A stretch of DNA of 63,631 nt, filler included, from Licmophora abbreviata (taxonomy: Eukaryota): assembly GCA_900291995.1 (NCBI GenBank). It is 5 parts of 5 records of this genome, joined end to end, with 100 filler letters (N's around TTAATTAATTAA, not from the genome) between each part and the next. Parts side by side here need not be neighbours in the genome. Positions count along the whole stretch, not along the records: positions 1 to 28,215 come from OLMU01000802.1; positions 28,316 to 34,038 come from OLMU01000811.1; positions 34,139 to 44,319 come from OLMU01000813.1; 2 more parts are not named here. One strand, 5' to 3'. The translations under genes were made by a program, and so were the position numbers. The number at the start of each line of letters is the position of its first letter. Position 1 is the stretch's first letter. Positions 23,177 to 34,506 of the stretch are shown piece by piece. Below the pieces are notes generated by a model. It was not told the DNA's origin and did not search any database. It saw only the letters and a list, made by a program, of their open reading frames with translations.

Positions 23177-24087
23177 ATGCAACAATATTCAGTAACGGTG
23201 TTCCTTGTGGCTCTATTCGTCGTACGCGGTGCTCTCTGTTTCTCGACACCAGGAAGATCCGCGGCGACACAACGTCGAGATATTCTTTCCTCCCGCGTGT
23301 ACCTGGCCAAAGGCAAGGGGTTTGGAGCCGAACCATCGAGTCCGTCCCCTCGAAAGAAAGAAAGTTTCAATGAGGAATCTGACAAGACCATCGACAACCC
23401 CTTTGCAGAAGCGAACGCCGGACAAAAGGCGCTCGAGGAACTCCGCCGTGACCGAGCGGAACAACGAGACGCAGAACTGCGCAAAGTGAAAGAACTTCGA
23501 CTGCAGGATGAGATCGTCAGGGAGGAGGCAGGGGCTGCCGTCATTCCGGAGCAAGTTGCTCAGAGAATGGGAAAGCGCATGTTGCCCTTTGTGGGGATTC
23601 CTCTATTCGGCGGCATGGGAACGTTCGTCGCATTCTGGTATTTTGCGACATACAAGAATGTGGAGTTTGAGCCCGTCATGGTGGCTGCAGCAACTATTGC
23701 GCTGTTAGTCTTTGGCCTGCTGGTGCGTTCGTTCTATGGTAGCCTCAGGCATCCAGTGTGCGTCTGATCGTGCCTTTCGCTCACTCATCATTTAATTTCG
23801 TTTGATAGGGCATTACGTACTCCATGATGAGTGCCTCCTGGGACGAAGATCGGGAGGGGTCTGCACTAGGATTCGAAGAGTTTGGTCGCAACATTGACAA
23901 TTTAAAGGATGGCTTCTCACGTTCCCGAGAAAACGCGATTCTGCGCGAGAAGATGGAGGGCATGTCCGAGCGAGAAATCGAGGGTGCGATTCGAGACTTG
24001 GAAAAACGAGATGAAAAGAAACGTAAGCAGACGGACGGCCCCTTACAGGAGATGAGAGAGATGAGTACGAGCAACGAAGATGCGTAG
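23177..24087 (+). CDS. PAM68: PAM68 (DUF3464) photosystem II assembly factor (intron about 23723-23808)
   Basis: VIPEQVAQRMGKRM, two TM helices, GITYSMMSASWDEDREGSALGFEEF; bipartite presequence (ALCF). Confidence 0.88.
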
Positions 24088-24676
24088 ATTCATGTTTGAT
24101 CCAGATGCTTTTATTATTAAAGCTGTGTACGACGCTGGCTGAAGACCAAGGCAGCCTATTACTTCGTACAATCCAATCCAGCCTAGCAGCCCGAGTTGTA
24201 CGCCGCCATTCCACCCGACGACTGGGCTTCGAGGCGGGGTTGCACTTTCTGTGTTGGTGGGACGCTGCACATGCGGGATGCCTTACGCGAAAGTCGATGA
24301 ACTCTCGTGCCTGGTATGATACCTGATGGTGTCTAGAATACCCTGCAGATGAGATCGGATGTTCGCCCGTGTGTTCGCAAATCGGGACGGCCGGCGTGAC
24401 ATTGATGCTGTGGTCATTCCAATTTTGCATTGTCATTGGTCCCATGCCACAGGCCGTGAGTACGTGGTCATCCTACGTAAATTCACGTGGACTCCGGTAC
24501 TGCCGAGGGCTTCGTGGATGACGGTGTGCCACTGCGTACTCGCATTTCGAAGTCATCATCATATACACCACACAGTAAAGCGGCATTGCTGTCCTTGCTG
24601 TGCGTTGGCTCCGACGCGTTTGAACGCCTTCGTCCCTCTTGCCCTCTCCTCTGCCCCGCCGCACTGTATATCGACG

Positions 24677-25636
24677 ATGTCACTCAAGATGAACAGCTTC
24701 AGCCCGTTCCCAGATGACTATTTTGTTGTGAAAAAAAGCGGACTTTCCCAGTTTCAGGCCATGTCGGCATACTTGGGAGGCTCGGCCTTTCAGACCATCA
24801 TGGACAATCCAGTCACTGCATACCGACAGCTGGTTCAGCAGTACGCGAAGGATCTGGCGGGAAAGCCTGTTGATCCCAAGGTTGCCACCGCCGAAGCCCA
24901 GGCTGTCTTTAGAAGCCATCCGGTCTCGGCTTCGCTCTCCGGAGTCGGCCCTCGTCTCGTGGGAGTCGGCTTCAAGCGCATTCCCAAGTTCGGAATCCTT
25001 CTAGGCATCTCATTCTTTCTGGGAGAAGGAGAGACTCCAGGCTATGCTGCTGCTTTCGGTGCTTCGATTCTCAGTGCCCCATTCATCAACCCGATTCGCA
25101 TGATTGAAAAGCAGCAACGCGCCTACTTCAAGCAGACGGGCGCCACCAAGCCAATCTGGGAAATTCTCAAGGAAAGTGCCGCCCAACGCTTCGTCCCTCT
25201 CTTCCGAGGAACTATCCCACTCATGGGGCACTCCATGGCTTCCGCTCTCCTGGGATTGGTCGGCCAGCCCAAGCTGCAAAAGTACATTCAAAGTGAAGTA
25301 GGTCAGAAAACAGGACTTGGTCGCTCCGCGACGGGCTTCATCGCATCGGCCGTCGTGAGTCCTATTTATGTCTTTGTGACCAACCCCCTGAGTCGGTTGG
25401 AAGTTATTATGCAAACCAACTCGATCCAGGGCAAGTCGATCTCTCTTCCAGCAGCACTCAAGGAAATGGCGACGGACTCGGCACAGTTCGGACTGCGCGG
25501 GGTGTTCCGTGGACAGGGCATTGGAATCGCCAAGGCGATCATCAGTCTTACGCTCTTCCACGAGGGCCGTATGTTCTTGCAAGATTCCTTCAAGTCTTAC
25601 AACATCAAGCACGGATATCACACGGAAGAGGAGTAA
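24677..25636 (+). CDS. Mitochondrial carrier (SLC25)-like protein, divergent
   Basis: About 320 aa with three repeats and degenerate Px[DE]xx[KR] signatures (NPVTAYR, NPIRMIEK, NPLSRLE); LFRG and GVFRG motifs. Confidence 0.7.
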   Translation: MSLKMNSFSPFPDDYFVVKKSGLSQFQAMSAYLGGSAFQTIMDNPVTAYRQLVQQYAKDLAGKPVDPKVATAEAQAVFRSHPVSASLSGVGPRLVGVGFKRIPKFGILLGISFFLGEGETPGYAAAFGASILSAPFINPIRMIEKQQRAYFKQTGATKPIWEILKESAAQRFVPLFRGTIPLMGHSMASALLGLVGQPKLQKYIQSEVGQKTGLGRSATGFIASAVVSPIYVFVTNPLSRLEVIMQTNSIQGKSISLPAALKEMATDSAQFGLRGVFRGQGIGIAKAIISLTLFHEGRMFLQDSFKSYNIKHGYHTEEE

Positions 25637-26236
25637 GCAGGACCTGCCTATGTTGTGTTGGCATCAACTCGTAGGAGGGAGAGACGGATGATGGGACAGT
25701 CTGTCGAGAAAACAGCAAGCGTCGAATTGGTTTACGTCTCGTTGCAAGTTCAATAGTGTTCACAATGACGAGGATGGCAAGCTATAGTAGATATTCCATT
25801 TGTAAGAAACCCCATTGTAGAGTTATCAGTCTAGTAGCGTTTGTTCGACAGTGCGTTGTCTCCGCTGAGCTACACCGGTCAATCTTCTCGCGAGGTTGCG
25901 TTGGATGCGTCCACTGTAGTGATAGAAGCAGAGCCATCGGAGAAAAGTGTTGTCTGTAAGAAAAGAACAGACTGATGATGAGATGCCCAGTTTCCCATGG
26001 TCAGTTAGCAGCGGAGCCCACTTATGAGGCGACATGGCTCAGACGTGGATGAGACATTCGAGCTTTCATTCTCTTTTCTGTGATGATGCTGATGTTTGCG
26101 TGTTGTGTTTTACACAACGTCGCGTGGACCATGAAGATGATTGGGTATACCTGTATACCAGTTTAAACCCCCTGCATACCCCTTGCCTTAGTCCTGGACA
26201 GAGGCAACTAGCTATAGAGCCAGAGATAAAAAAGAG

Positions 26237-27527
26237 ATGTCGGCTAAAGAAGGCGAGCGCCTGAGCGAGACGGAAGGAGTAAGAGCGAGCGCCCCATCAA
26301 CTCCGTCTTCATCAGCTGCTGCTACCGCGTTATCGTTGTGCCGACCATCCTCAGCTGATGGCGATGATACACTCGCTTCCTCAATTTCCGAACCGCCTAG
26401 CCAAACCCCTTCTCCGAGAAAAGGATTTTCCATACCAAAGCTTACCGCTAAGTCTCTTCCTATTCCCATGCCACACGACGCGGATGGCAAGATGTCCGAT
26501 AGCGACAAGGAGGAGGTTGCTAGGGAGACAATTGCGACCAGTAACGAGACAAAACAATCCGCACCTAAAGTCGCGGTGAGAAAGTCCAAGAGGAAATCCG
26601 TTCCGACCGACCCTGTCCTTGCTGCTACTCAGTCGAACTTCGCTGGCGGGCGACCGACGAGGCCGCAGAACGTGGTGTCACGGCGGCAGCTTCCGACCGC
26701 TGCTGCGCGGAAACCAAAAGTGGATGAGAGCATGTCGATGCATGACCATACTCTATTGGGGATGCTAGGCGAAGAGGAACTGGGTGCTAAGCGGGCGAAG
26801 CTGGGTGATGATCTGGCGGAAATGGACCCTTCCGACTACTTGAACAATGCGGTGCGATTGGAATATCCGTGGAATTCGCTGAAGCTGGGAGAGAAAGCAG
26901 GATCGGCAGCTCTTAATCGGTACCTGAAGAACCAGTTCCTGGCTCCAGATAAAGCGCCACAGTTGTCTGCACAGCAAACGCTTCAGATGGTAATGTCATT
27001 GAACCCTCGGACTATTCTGCCTCCAAGCGGCAGCGTCCTTCACAGCGTCGTTCAAAAGGTAAGTTATGAAATTGAGCAGGACGGCGGCTTAGGTGGCATC
27101 ATCCCGGTACTGATTCCTTCCACCACTCGTCTGTCTTCTCTCGTAGAAACCTGGGGTGGGCATCTCCTTGGTGAACACTTCCGCACTCGAAGATGAACAG
27201 GAATCGGACGACGCCGCAGCTTACATCCAGTCGACATTCCGAGATCTCTCTCGCGTGTACCAGTTTATGTGCGAACAAGATGTCGACGACGGCGAGATGA
27301 ACCGGCGTGAGGCCGACTACGTGCGGGAAGGTGCTCTGCTGGATCAACTCCGCTCGCTGGAGAACGACATGTGCGACGCCAAAAGACGAGAAGATGCCAT
27401 CACGGGAAAGGCGAAGGAAATGGGGCTTGTCGATCACAAGCTCGTAGTTGATATCATGCTAGGGCAGACGATGGAGCTTCCTCCGCGAAAGCCCAAGAAA
27501 CGTCAGACTCACGCTAAACAAAAATAG
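26237..27527 (+). CDS. Hypothetical, probably nuclear protein (exons 26237-27058 and 27147-27527)
   Basis: Intron GTAAG 27059...TCGTAG 27146 with TACTGAT branch site joins two ORFs in frame; basic NLS-like stretches. Confidence 0.7.
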
Positions 27528-27549
27528 ACTAGCTTCTAGAAATGTGCTA

Positions 27550-28215
27550 TTACAAATAGTTATGCTGTCGCGTCTTCCATTTGAATATGAAACAACACCC
27601 AAACAACACAATCGATTCAGCAAGACGGCTGTCGCCCGCTATCCCAGCCTGCAGTCGAAGTGGTTCACAAATATCGGTATACAGATGCTCGGCCTGCCCC
27701 TCGGTAAGGGAAGTGTACCCAAGGAGGTTGACGTTAAGACCGACGTCATTCCGTGTCGGCCGAGCCACAGCGGGCATGAAGAAAGCACTGTGACTCTCTC
27801 TTCTTCTAGATCGTATGAAGGCATTCAGTACATCACAATAATGAAGAAGGCCGCTAAGAGACTCTGGAACGGCCAAGACTTTTCTTGCGCGTGTGCAGGC
27901 CACATAGAGGAGATTCAAGTCGTCTGTGAAACGTGCGATGGCAAATTGCCAAGTGGGTCGCCCTGACTTCTTTCTGGCTGGGCTTCCATCGCCCATTCGA
28001 CGTGTCTCAGCTGAAGGCGGGCCGTTTCTCTCGACTTTTCGAATCGCATCCGTGAAGTCGTCGCAGATCTGGACATTGTCCCATTCCAAATCTTTGGCAC
28101 CGTGGCAAGTGCTCAGAATGAAGTCCGCTTGGTCGGCCGCGTAGGATTTGTTGATGACCTCCTCCTCAAAGAGACGAATAGCCTCAATTGTGTTGTTTCG
28201 AAATTTCTCGACGAC
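27550..28215 (-). CDS. UvrD/FBH1-like SF1 helicase, C-terminal part (5' end lost in gap)
   Basis: ILSTCHGAKDLEWDNVQICDDF (motif V) and NLLYVACTRAR (motif VI). Confidence 0.8.
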   Translation of the reverse strand, partial: VVEKFRNNTIEAIRLFEEEVINKSYAADQADFILSTCHGAKDLEWDNVQICDDFTDAIRKVERNGPPSAETRRMGDGSPARKKSGRPTWQFAIARFTDDLNLLYVACTRARKVLAVPESLSGLLHYCDVLNAFIRSRRRESHSAFFMPAVARPTRNDVGLNVNLLGYTSLTEGQAEHLYTDICEPLRLQAGIAGDSRLAESIVLFGCCFIFKWKTRQHNYL

Positions 28216-28315
28216 NNNNNNNNNNNNNNNNNNNNNNNNNNNNNNNNNNNNNNNNNNNNTTAATTAATTAANNNNNNNNNNNNNNNNNNNNNNNNNNNNN
28301 NNNNNNNNNNNNNNN
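28216..28315. other. Artificial contig linker (N44-TTAATTAATTAA-N44)
   Basis: 100 bp of N around a palindrome with stop codons in all six frames. Confidence 0.97.
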
Positions 28316-28447
28316 GCCCACACAATTCCACAAATCGCGACAGCACTCTCCCTCTCGTGCCCTCTGCTCATTACATAGACTTCTGTTCATTCACGCTTAC
28401 TACATAACAACTGCGCACATCTGTTTGAAGCGAAAAATCCCAGCACA

Positions 28448-28885
28448 ATGGCACCCACCGCACACTCCAGACGCCGAATAGGCATGTTCTCTGTTCTGTT
28501 GATGACTTCCCTACAATCTACTGCAACTGCTGTATCTTGGGGAACACGATCGCCTGTCGTGGGTCTCGCGCGATCTTCGGCACAACTGGTGGCGGAAGAC
28601 GTCGATCGTCCCCAAGTTCGAACTGCACTATCTCGTGCGGACGAAGCTCATATCTGGCGCCAGGTGGAACATGCCTATCATTACACCGACCCGGAAGATG
28701 ACGATATGGCTGTTGCCAGCACTACGAATACAGGTAACAACGAGCAAGATGCCTTGGGCCAGAATGACGACGTTCGCCTGTTTGGACATCAACGAATCAT
28801 GGCTACTTCCCTTGAACGTGATGTTGATGATGAATGGCGAGAATGGAACACCTACTCGTCCCGGATACGAGGTCGCATCGTATAG
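28448..28885 (+). CDS. Small hypothetical protein with signal-peptide-like N-terminus
   Basis: 145-aa ATG ORF, hydrophobic N-terminus, CA-rich leader upstream. Confidence 0.55.
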   Translation: MAPTAHSRRRIGMFSVLLMTSLQSTATAVSWGTRSPVVGLARSSAQLVAEDVDRPQVRTALSRADEAHIWRQVEHAYHYTDPEDDDMAVASTTNTGNNEQDALGQNDDVRLFGHQRIMATSLERDVDDEWREWNTYSSRIRGRIV

Positions 28886-28933
28886 AGATTTTTCAGTGAC
28901 CCGTAGAGTGCGAACGAGTGGATGAAGCATATG

Positions 28934-30300
28934 CTATAGTTTGCCTGTTGCTACAAAACTCTCCCATTCTTCCAAATAGTGCTTTGTTTGTGTATCGACA
29001 ATGGCGACGAGCTCCGGATCCCGATCAAACTGATGGACAACTGGAGTGACACTGCCATCGTTGTTGAGAATGGCACCGGTGGTGTTGTCGATAATACCTT
29101 TGGAGCGCAGTGAATGGCCTCCATGCCAGTAGAGCAAGGCCAGCGTATTCACCAGCCCCTCACCTTGCCTCTGCACTTGGACCGAATCAATCTCTGGTAG
29201 TCTCTCCAAGACTCCGTCCCATACTAGGTAGTTGTGATGTCCCTGATCGCATCCATGTTGAGTACAGTTGGTCGTGTCTAGCTGTGTAATCATCGTGCGA
29301 GTATAAGCCTCCATTGCAGGTTGACCTCCTGCCGTCGTGCCTGCACACAAAATCAGCTTGTCGGATAATCTCTTCCACACCTCACCTCCATAGGCACGAC
29401 GCATCCACGCCCTATTGTACCGTTCCTTCCCAATCAAGAGTATATCACTTTCGGCAAACACAATCAGTTTCGATTGCAGCTTTGTATTGCTCGGCAGCAG
29501 TGGAAAGGGGTTTCGTTGTACATACAAGTCACGCGCGTCCAACAGCATGATACGAGATTGCGACGAGTACTGCGTCGACCACGCCCAGAAGTAGTCGAAG
29601 CGTAGCTGCGACAAGTGTCGGTGTGCTCGAGCGTCCTTCACAAACTCACCTGTGAAGCGGCTCACGAAGAGGTTCCGCACTTGGCAGTAGAACCATCCAC
29701 CGCGGTACGGCTGAATGCAATCGAGAAGGATTTCATAGGCTACCAAGTGATGATGCTGCGCGTGATACAAGAGAAAGTCCTGCACCTCCTTTTCTAACAT
29801 TTCTCGTGGGTCCACTCCCAAGACTATGTCACCATCAAAGCCACTCAGTACTAGCGATCGAACGAATCGGACGAAGTCGACCAGCTGTTGGCCAGTCGCC
29901 ATCCCGAAGACAGCGTCGGCGTCACCGCGATGGGACCCGAACATGGGTCGTATCCGTAACTCAGTACTCGATCCCCCAATTGTGTTCAAGTTTCGACGAT
30001 AGTCCGTTCCGCCATACGGGGAATCGGGGTGATTGAAAGCCCCTCCCTGCTCTTGGATAGCCCTGGATGCCACTGGATGCTGTCGAAGTATGTCAAGAGA
30101 ACTACTATAGATAGAGCGCCCAGAAGTAGCAGAGAGGGATTTACTTTTCTTTTTCGCTGTCTTCTTCCAGAATTGGGATGAGCGAATGTGGTCATCTTGT
30201 GCTGTAAGGCTGTTTCATCGCCATTGTCTTCGTCGACGGCTTTTGGCGCCCTATACTGAGACGCGGCGGTCATCGCGTGCTTTCCCGCCATCATCATTCC
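28934..30300 (-). CDS. Type II membrane glycosyltransferase-like protein; frameshift between about 30075 and 29990
   Basis: Basic tail + TM (LLLLGALSIVVLLTYF) in one frame. Catalytic-type region RFDYFWAW, LLDARD...QRNPF, CAGTTAG, GCDQGHHNYL, VVHQFDR in another frame. Confidence 0.7.
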
Positions 30301-30678
30301 GAAGTCAGTCCCTGGTGGTGCCAACTTTTGAGTCCCGTTTGGAATTTGGAACCGCTTTCATAGCATCTCGATCGTCATCGCATTGTGATGCCGGCTTGAA
30401 CACTCACTTATTGGCTGTGGGCTGTGGGTGAAGGGCATGGCACAAGGCGACGAAAGAGTTGCGTTCCTTTGGGTGCTTGGATGCAGAAATAGAGAGACAA
30501 CATCATTTATAGATCACCGGGGTGCTGTGTAGTGGTACTGAGGCAATTTGTATCAAGCAAGGCTTCGAAATTCTCCAAAGTTCGTACGCTATCGAATCTG
30601 ATTTAGTTTGACACTCTTCTTGCCATTCCGAATCTGGAGTCGTAACGAAGTATCTGGGTCAATCGAAGGTTCTAGACT

Positions 30679-33417
30679 ATGCCATCTGGCGCAATAATGA
30701 CCAGGAGAAGTTTGCTGCTCACATGTGCGGCTCTCCTGTTGCTCTCCACCCTTTCATCGGGCGCAGAGCCCAGTAAGAACTCGTCAGAGAGCTTGCCACC
30801 GATGAACGGAGACCAGAACGACGATGAAAAGGCCAAGCGGGCCCATGTTGAAGAATTTGTTCAACATTCAAAACTTCTTGTGAGGGATGAGAGAGCTAGA
30901 AAGATGCAACGGTACTGGAAGGAGGCTTTTCGAGATATCAAGAATCTCGCAGTAAATTTCACAAAAGCGTCGGACGCTTCACGGCAGACGAATGTTTTAG
31001 ATCAATGGAAAGTTTTCCTGGAGGAAAATCAAGAGTTTTCGGAGTGGCCCATAAATGCAACAGACATCAAAGACAAGGGGAAAGCTGCCCATAGAGAAAC
31101 ACTTCCTCGCTTCGAGGGATTCGCGTCGTGGGAGCGACGGCTTCAGCAATGGGGCGACGAACTCACTGACTATTTGGAGATGACGCAAGCGGAACAAGGA
31201 GAATATCCTTTCTCAACGTATGGCAGACCAACTATGGATCAAAATCGGACAATGACTGACAAGTTGAATAATGGAAAAGTTTCGTCGTCGAAGGCGGACG
31301 AGCACTTCTCGGTACCGCGTGTGAAAGTGGTACTTCCGCAGTTGAATGAAAGCGCGGCGGCAGAGAGCCTCCCTAAGCCGGCTCCTGCCGTGCCAGGAGA
31401 GGCCCTTCTGCCCCATACAGATATTTCCGATAAGTCGAAGCGAATCCTCATTGTAACGACAGCTGCGCTGCCTTGGATGACTGGAACCGCTGTGAACCCC
31501 CTTCTCCGAGCAGCTTACCTGATTGAAGGACGCAAGAAGGCCGGCGGTAGTGTGGCATTGATGCTACCCTGGGTGGAGCGTCGAGAGGACCAGGAACGCG
31601 TCTATGGTAAGGAGAAACGTTTCGACACCCCTGACGAGCAAGAAGACTACATTCGGACTTGGCTCCGCGAAACGGCCATGATGAAGGAAGCGAGTGACGA
31701 GCTGAACATCCAGTGGTACACAGCCTGGCAGGAACGAGCAGAAAACTCGTTGTACAGCATGGGAGACATTACATCTCTTGTTTCAGCTGAAGAAGTCGAT
31801 ATTTGTATCCTGGAAGAACCCGAGCACCTGAACTGGTATCGAGCACCAGGCGAGAGTTGGACAGCAAAGTTCAAGCATGTCGTTGGTATTGTCCACACCA
31901 ACTACTTTGCGTATGCGCAAGAGCAGCCAGCGGCATTGATTCGTGCGCCTGGAATGAAGCTCTTGGCTTCGTGGATGTGTCGAGCACACTGTCATCGACT
32001 CATCAAGCTATCTGGTACGCTAGGTCAGTTTGCCCCCGAAAAGGAGCTAGTCGAAAACGTTCATGGTGTACGAGGAAGATTCCTCGAGGTTGGCGAGGAG
32101 GTGAAGCAGAAGCTTCTGTCTCCTGGCGGATTGAAGGATCCGGTGTTCGGAAGCGAAGCTGAACCGGCTATATACTTCATCGGTAAGATGTTGTGGTCCA
32201 AAGGTTTGGGTTCTTTGATGGAACTCCTTAAGTACGCAGAAGAGAGCGCTGCACTCCGATTGAGTGTCGATATGTATGGCGGAGGTCCTGACAAGGACGC
32301 TGCGGCTGCAAAGAGCAAGAAGCTCGGGCTTGACATGCCATTCCATGGTCCAGTCGATCACGCGGAGCTCGCCATGTCTCATAAGATCTTTATCAATCCG
32401 TCGACCTCAGAAGTACTTTGCACAACAGTTGCAGAAGCCCTGGCGATGGGGAAGTACGTAATCTTGCCGTCGCACCCGTCCAATGATTTTTTTGCACAGT
32501 TCCCAAATTGTCTTCCTTATGCAACAAAGGAGGAATTCGTTGGTAATCTATACTACGCTTTGACGCATGCGCCTGAACCGCTTTCGAAAGAGTACTCTTA
32601 TGCTCTTACGTGGAAGGCTGCGACAGAACGGCTGGAGGCGGCAGGATGTATCCCGGCTGCGGAAGCAAAACGAATGACTGAAGTGCTATCTTCTGCTGAC
32701 GCGGGGATTGACTTTACCTTGCCGCCACTGATTGAGAATGAAGATCGTCGAAAACGGATAGCGGATACGTTTCGAAAGTCACGAGAGCGCTATCGTCAGT
32801 TCCGAGCAAGGCTCCATACTGAAATTCAGCAAAGCAAGGTTCTGCCGAATGACCTACAGCAGAAACTGCTCGCCGATCTGGACAAGCGACTGGATGTAGA
32901 TATCGACGCCATGTTGACATCCCCAACCCTTCGTCTGAAACTTTCTCCCGCTGAGTTGGACAAAAGACTTTTGGAATTTTACAATTCAGTCAGTCAGAGC
33001 CCGCTCACTGGCGACGCAATCCGTGTAATTGGCGGAGGGGCAAACGTCGGAATGCAGAACCTGTACATGAAGCAGCAAGCGCAAAAGATGCAACGGCAAG
33101 CTCGAAAAGGTGTATCGCATGATACACCTGCTCTTCTACCAGTTTTCTCAGAGATAGACAAGACTGACGAGAACGATCCAAGAGTTACGCAATGGGTCAA
33201 AGTGGCCCTCCGGCGAAATCTTCCTTCAAAAAGCGCCAATATCGCGGCAAGTCCAGGGGGATCTCCCAAGATCTCGGCAAAGAATGATGAGAACAACATG
33301 AAAATGACAATGACAAGAAGCCGTATACCACACCCGCCTCGTCAAGCTGTTGCAGCTCCAAGGTGGACGACTGGTACGCCACTGCCCCGTTCTACAAAGA
33401 CGTCTCTTCTCATCTAA
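30679..33417 (+). CDS. DGD1: Digalactosyldiacylglycerol synthase (GT4)
   Basis: IVTTAALPWMTGTAVNPLLRAAYL, LEEPEHLNWY, GIVHTNY, NVHGV, FINPSTSEVLCTTVAEALAMGK; N-terminal signal peptide. Confidence 0.95.
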   Translation: MPSGAIMTRRSLLLTCAALLLLSTLSSGAEPSKNSSESLPPMNGDQNDDEKAKRAHVEEFVQHSKLLVRDERARKMQRYWKEAFRDIKNLAVNFTKASDASRQTNVLDQWKVFLEENQEFSEWPINATDIKDKGKAAHRETLPRFEGFASWERRLQQWGDELTDYLEMTQAEQGEYPFSTYGRPTMDQNRTMTDKLNNGKVSSSKADEHFSVPRVKVVLPQLNESAAAESLPKPAPAVPGEALLPHTDISDKSKRILIVTTAALPWMTGTAVNPLLRAAYLIEGRKKAGGSVALMLPWVERREDQERVYGKEKRFDTPDEQEDYIRTWLRETAMMKEASDELNIQWYTAWQERAENSLYSMGDITSLVSAEEVDICILEEPEHLNWYRAPGESWTAKFKHVVGIVHTNYFAYAQEQPAALIRAPGMKLLASWMCRAHCHRLIKLSGTLGQFAPEKELVENVHGVRGRFLEVGEEVKQKLLSPGGLKDPVFGSEAEPAIYFIGKMLWSKGLGSLMELLKYAEESAALRLSVDMYGGGPDKDAAAAKSKKLGLDMPFHGPVDHAELAMSHKIFINPSTSEVLCTTVAEALAMGKYVILPSHPSNDFFAQFPNCLPYATKEEFVGNLYYALTHAPEPLSKEYSYALTWKAATERLEAAGCIPAAEAKRMTEVLSSADAGIDFTLPPLIENEDRRKRIADTFRKSRERYRQFRARLHTEIQQSKVLPNDLQQKLLADLDKRLDVDIDAMLTSPTLRLKLSPAELDKRLLEFYNSVSQSPLTGDAIRVIGGGANVGMQNLYMKQQAQKMQRQARKGVSHDTPALLPVFSEIDKTDENDPRVTQWVKVALRRNLPSKSANIAASPGGSPKISAKNDENNMKMTMTRSRIPHPPRQAVAAPRWTTGTPLPRSTKTSLLI

Positions 33418-33525
33418 ACGACACAAAACGCAGTACATCAGCTATTACTGTGCCTCATACTCATTCCATTGATAAGCAATTTAATGCCCTATACGCTTAT
33501 CCCTCTATTGATCTCCTTCTTGATA

Positions 33526-34038
33526 CTAGAATGAGAAATGCTCACTTCGGCGTTGTGGGGGTGGAGTCTCCGTTTGGGGCATCGGCCAGTTGGTATGTCG
33601 ACCAAATGAAGGTTCCTCCCACATTTGCAAAGGATATTTGGATCGACGTTTGTCGATTAACCGCAACAAGTTCCGACAAGCTGCGATCGCTCCGCTCGAC
33701 GACTGTTCGCCACTTTCACACAATTTTCGAGCGTTGTATGCCAGCACCGTATCTACGTAGGCATACTTGCTTCCCTTGTTTGTAGTCTGACTTCTCTCCA
33801 TGCCGTCCAACAGCTGGGTCCCCGTGCGGAACGTTCCATCGTAGTCCAGACCATCCAAATAAAATGCGTTTGGAAATGCCACCTCTGTGTCTGTCCACAT
33901 GCTTGTGAATGCAGAGTCCATGACCATGTGGTTGTAATACGATGTCAACTGGACAATGTCCATGAGAGTTTCCGGACACCACTTCGTCAAGCCCGGGATG
34001 TTGGTCTTGGATGCACACGAGTGAAAAATGACTCCAAT
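33526..34038 (-). CDS. Hypothetical protein, 3' part (5' end lost in gap)
   Basis: Frame open from the gap to the stop at 33526; globular-looking sequence (FPNAFYLDGLDYDGTFRTGTQ). Confidence 0.6.
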   Translation of the reverse strand: MGVIFHSCASKTNIPGLTKWCPETLMDIVQLTSYYNHMVMDSAFTSMWTDTEVAFPNAFYLDGLDYDGTFRTGTQLLDGMERSQTTNKGSKYAYVDTVLAYNARKLCESGEQSSSGAIAACRNLLRLIDKRRSKYPLQMWEEPSFGRHTNWPMPQTETPPPQRRSEHFSF

Positions 34039-34138
34039 NNNNNNNNNNNNNNNNNNNNNNNNNNNNNNNNNNNNNNNNNNNNTTAATTAATTAANNNNNN
34101 NNNNNNNNNNNNNNNNNNNNNNNNNNNNNNNNNNNNNN
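34039..34138. other. Artificial contig linker
   Basis: N-run with central TTAATTAATTAA. Confidence 0.97.
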
Positions 34139-34506
34139 AAATTAACGAGATTGAGTTAAATGGAAGCAGGAAGAAGGAGTCCCGTGATGAATGCCCTCAT
34201 CATGGTCAGCATCATCATCAGTCATCACATTCGCGTGAGATTCATTCATTTCGGCGACGAGGATGCCAACGCTCGCTGTTGTGTCGCTGCGACATCCGCT
34301 GACGTTTTCGCTATTGGAAGTTTTGGGATTGAACCCTTCGACTCAATTCGAGACTTCCTTTGCCTCACAACCACAGAAAAATTGCGCGCCATATCCAGAT
34401 GTTTGTACCACATCAGCTTTAGGGTGTATACGACCATGACAAGCCAAACGGCATCACTTTAAAACAGTCGGAGGCGTGAGAGGAGATAAGAAAGCAGGAT
34501 TCTACC

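Noticed and set aside
562..24087. Apparent cluster of plastid-targeted genes
   Set aside because: They are interspersed with unrelated nuclear genes and share no pathway; plastid-targeted genes are common in diatoms.
27059..27196. Apparent frameshift between ORFs 26237-27196 and 27156-27527
   Set aside because: A canonical intron (GTAAG 27059 to TAG 27146, with branch site) joins them in frame.
28260..28271. TTAATTAATTAA palindrome recurring four times (repeat, CRISPR or target-site candidate)
   Set aside because: Always centred in a 100-bp N block; it is a synthetic linker.
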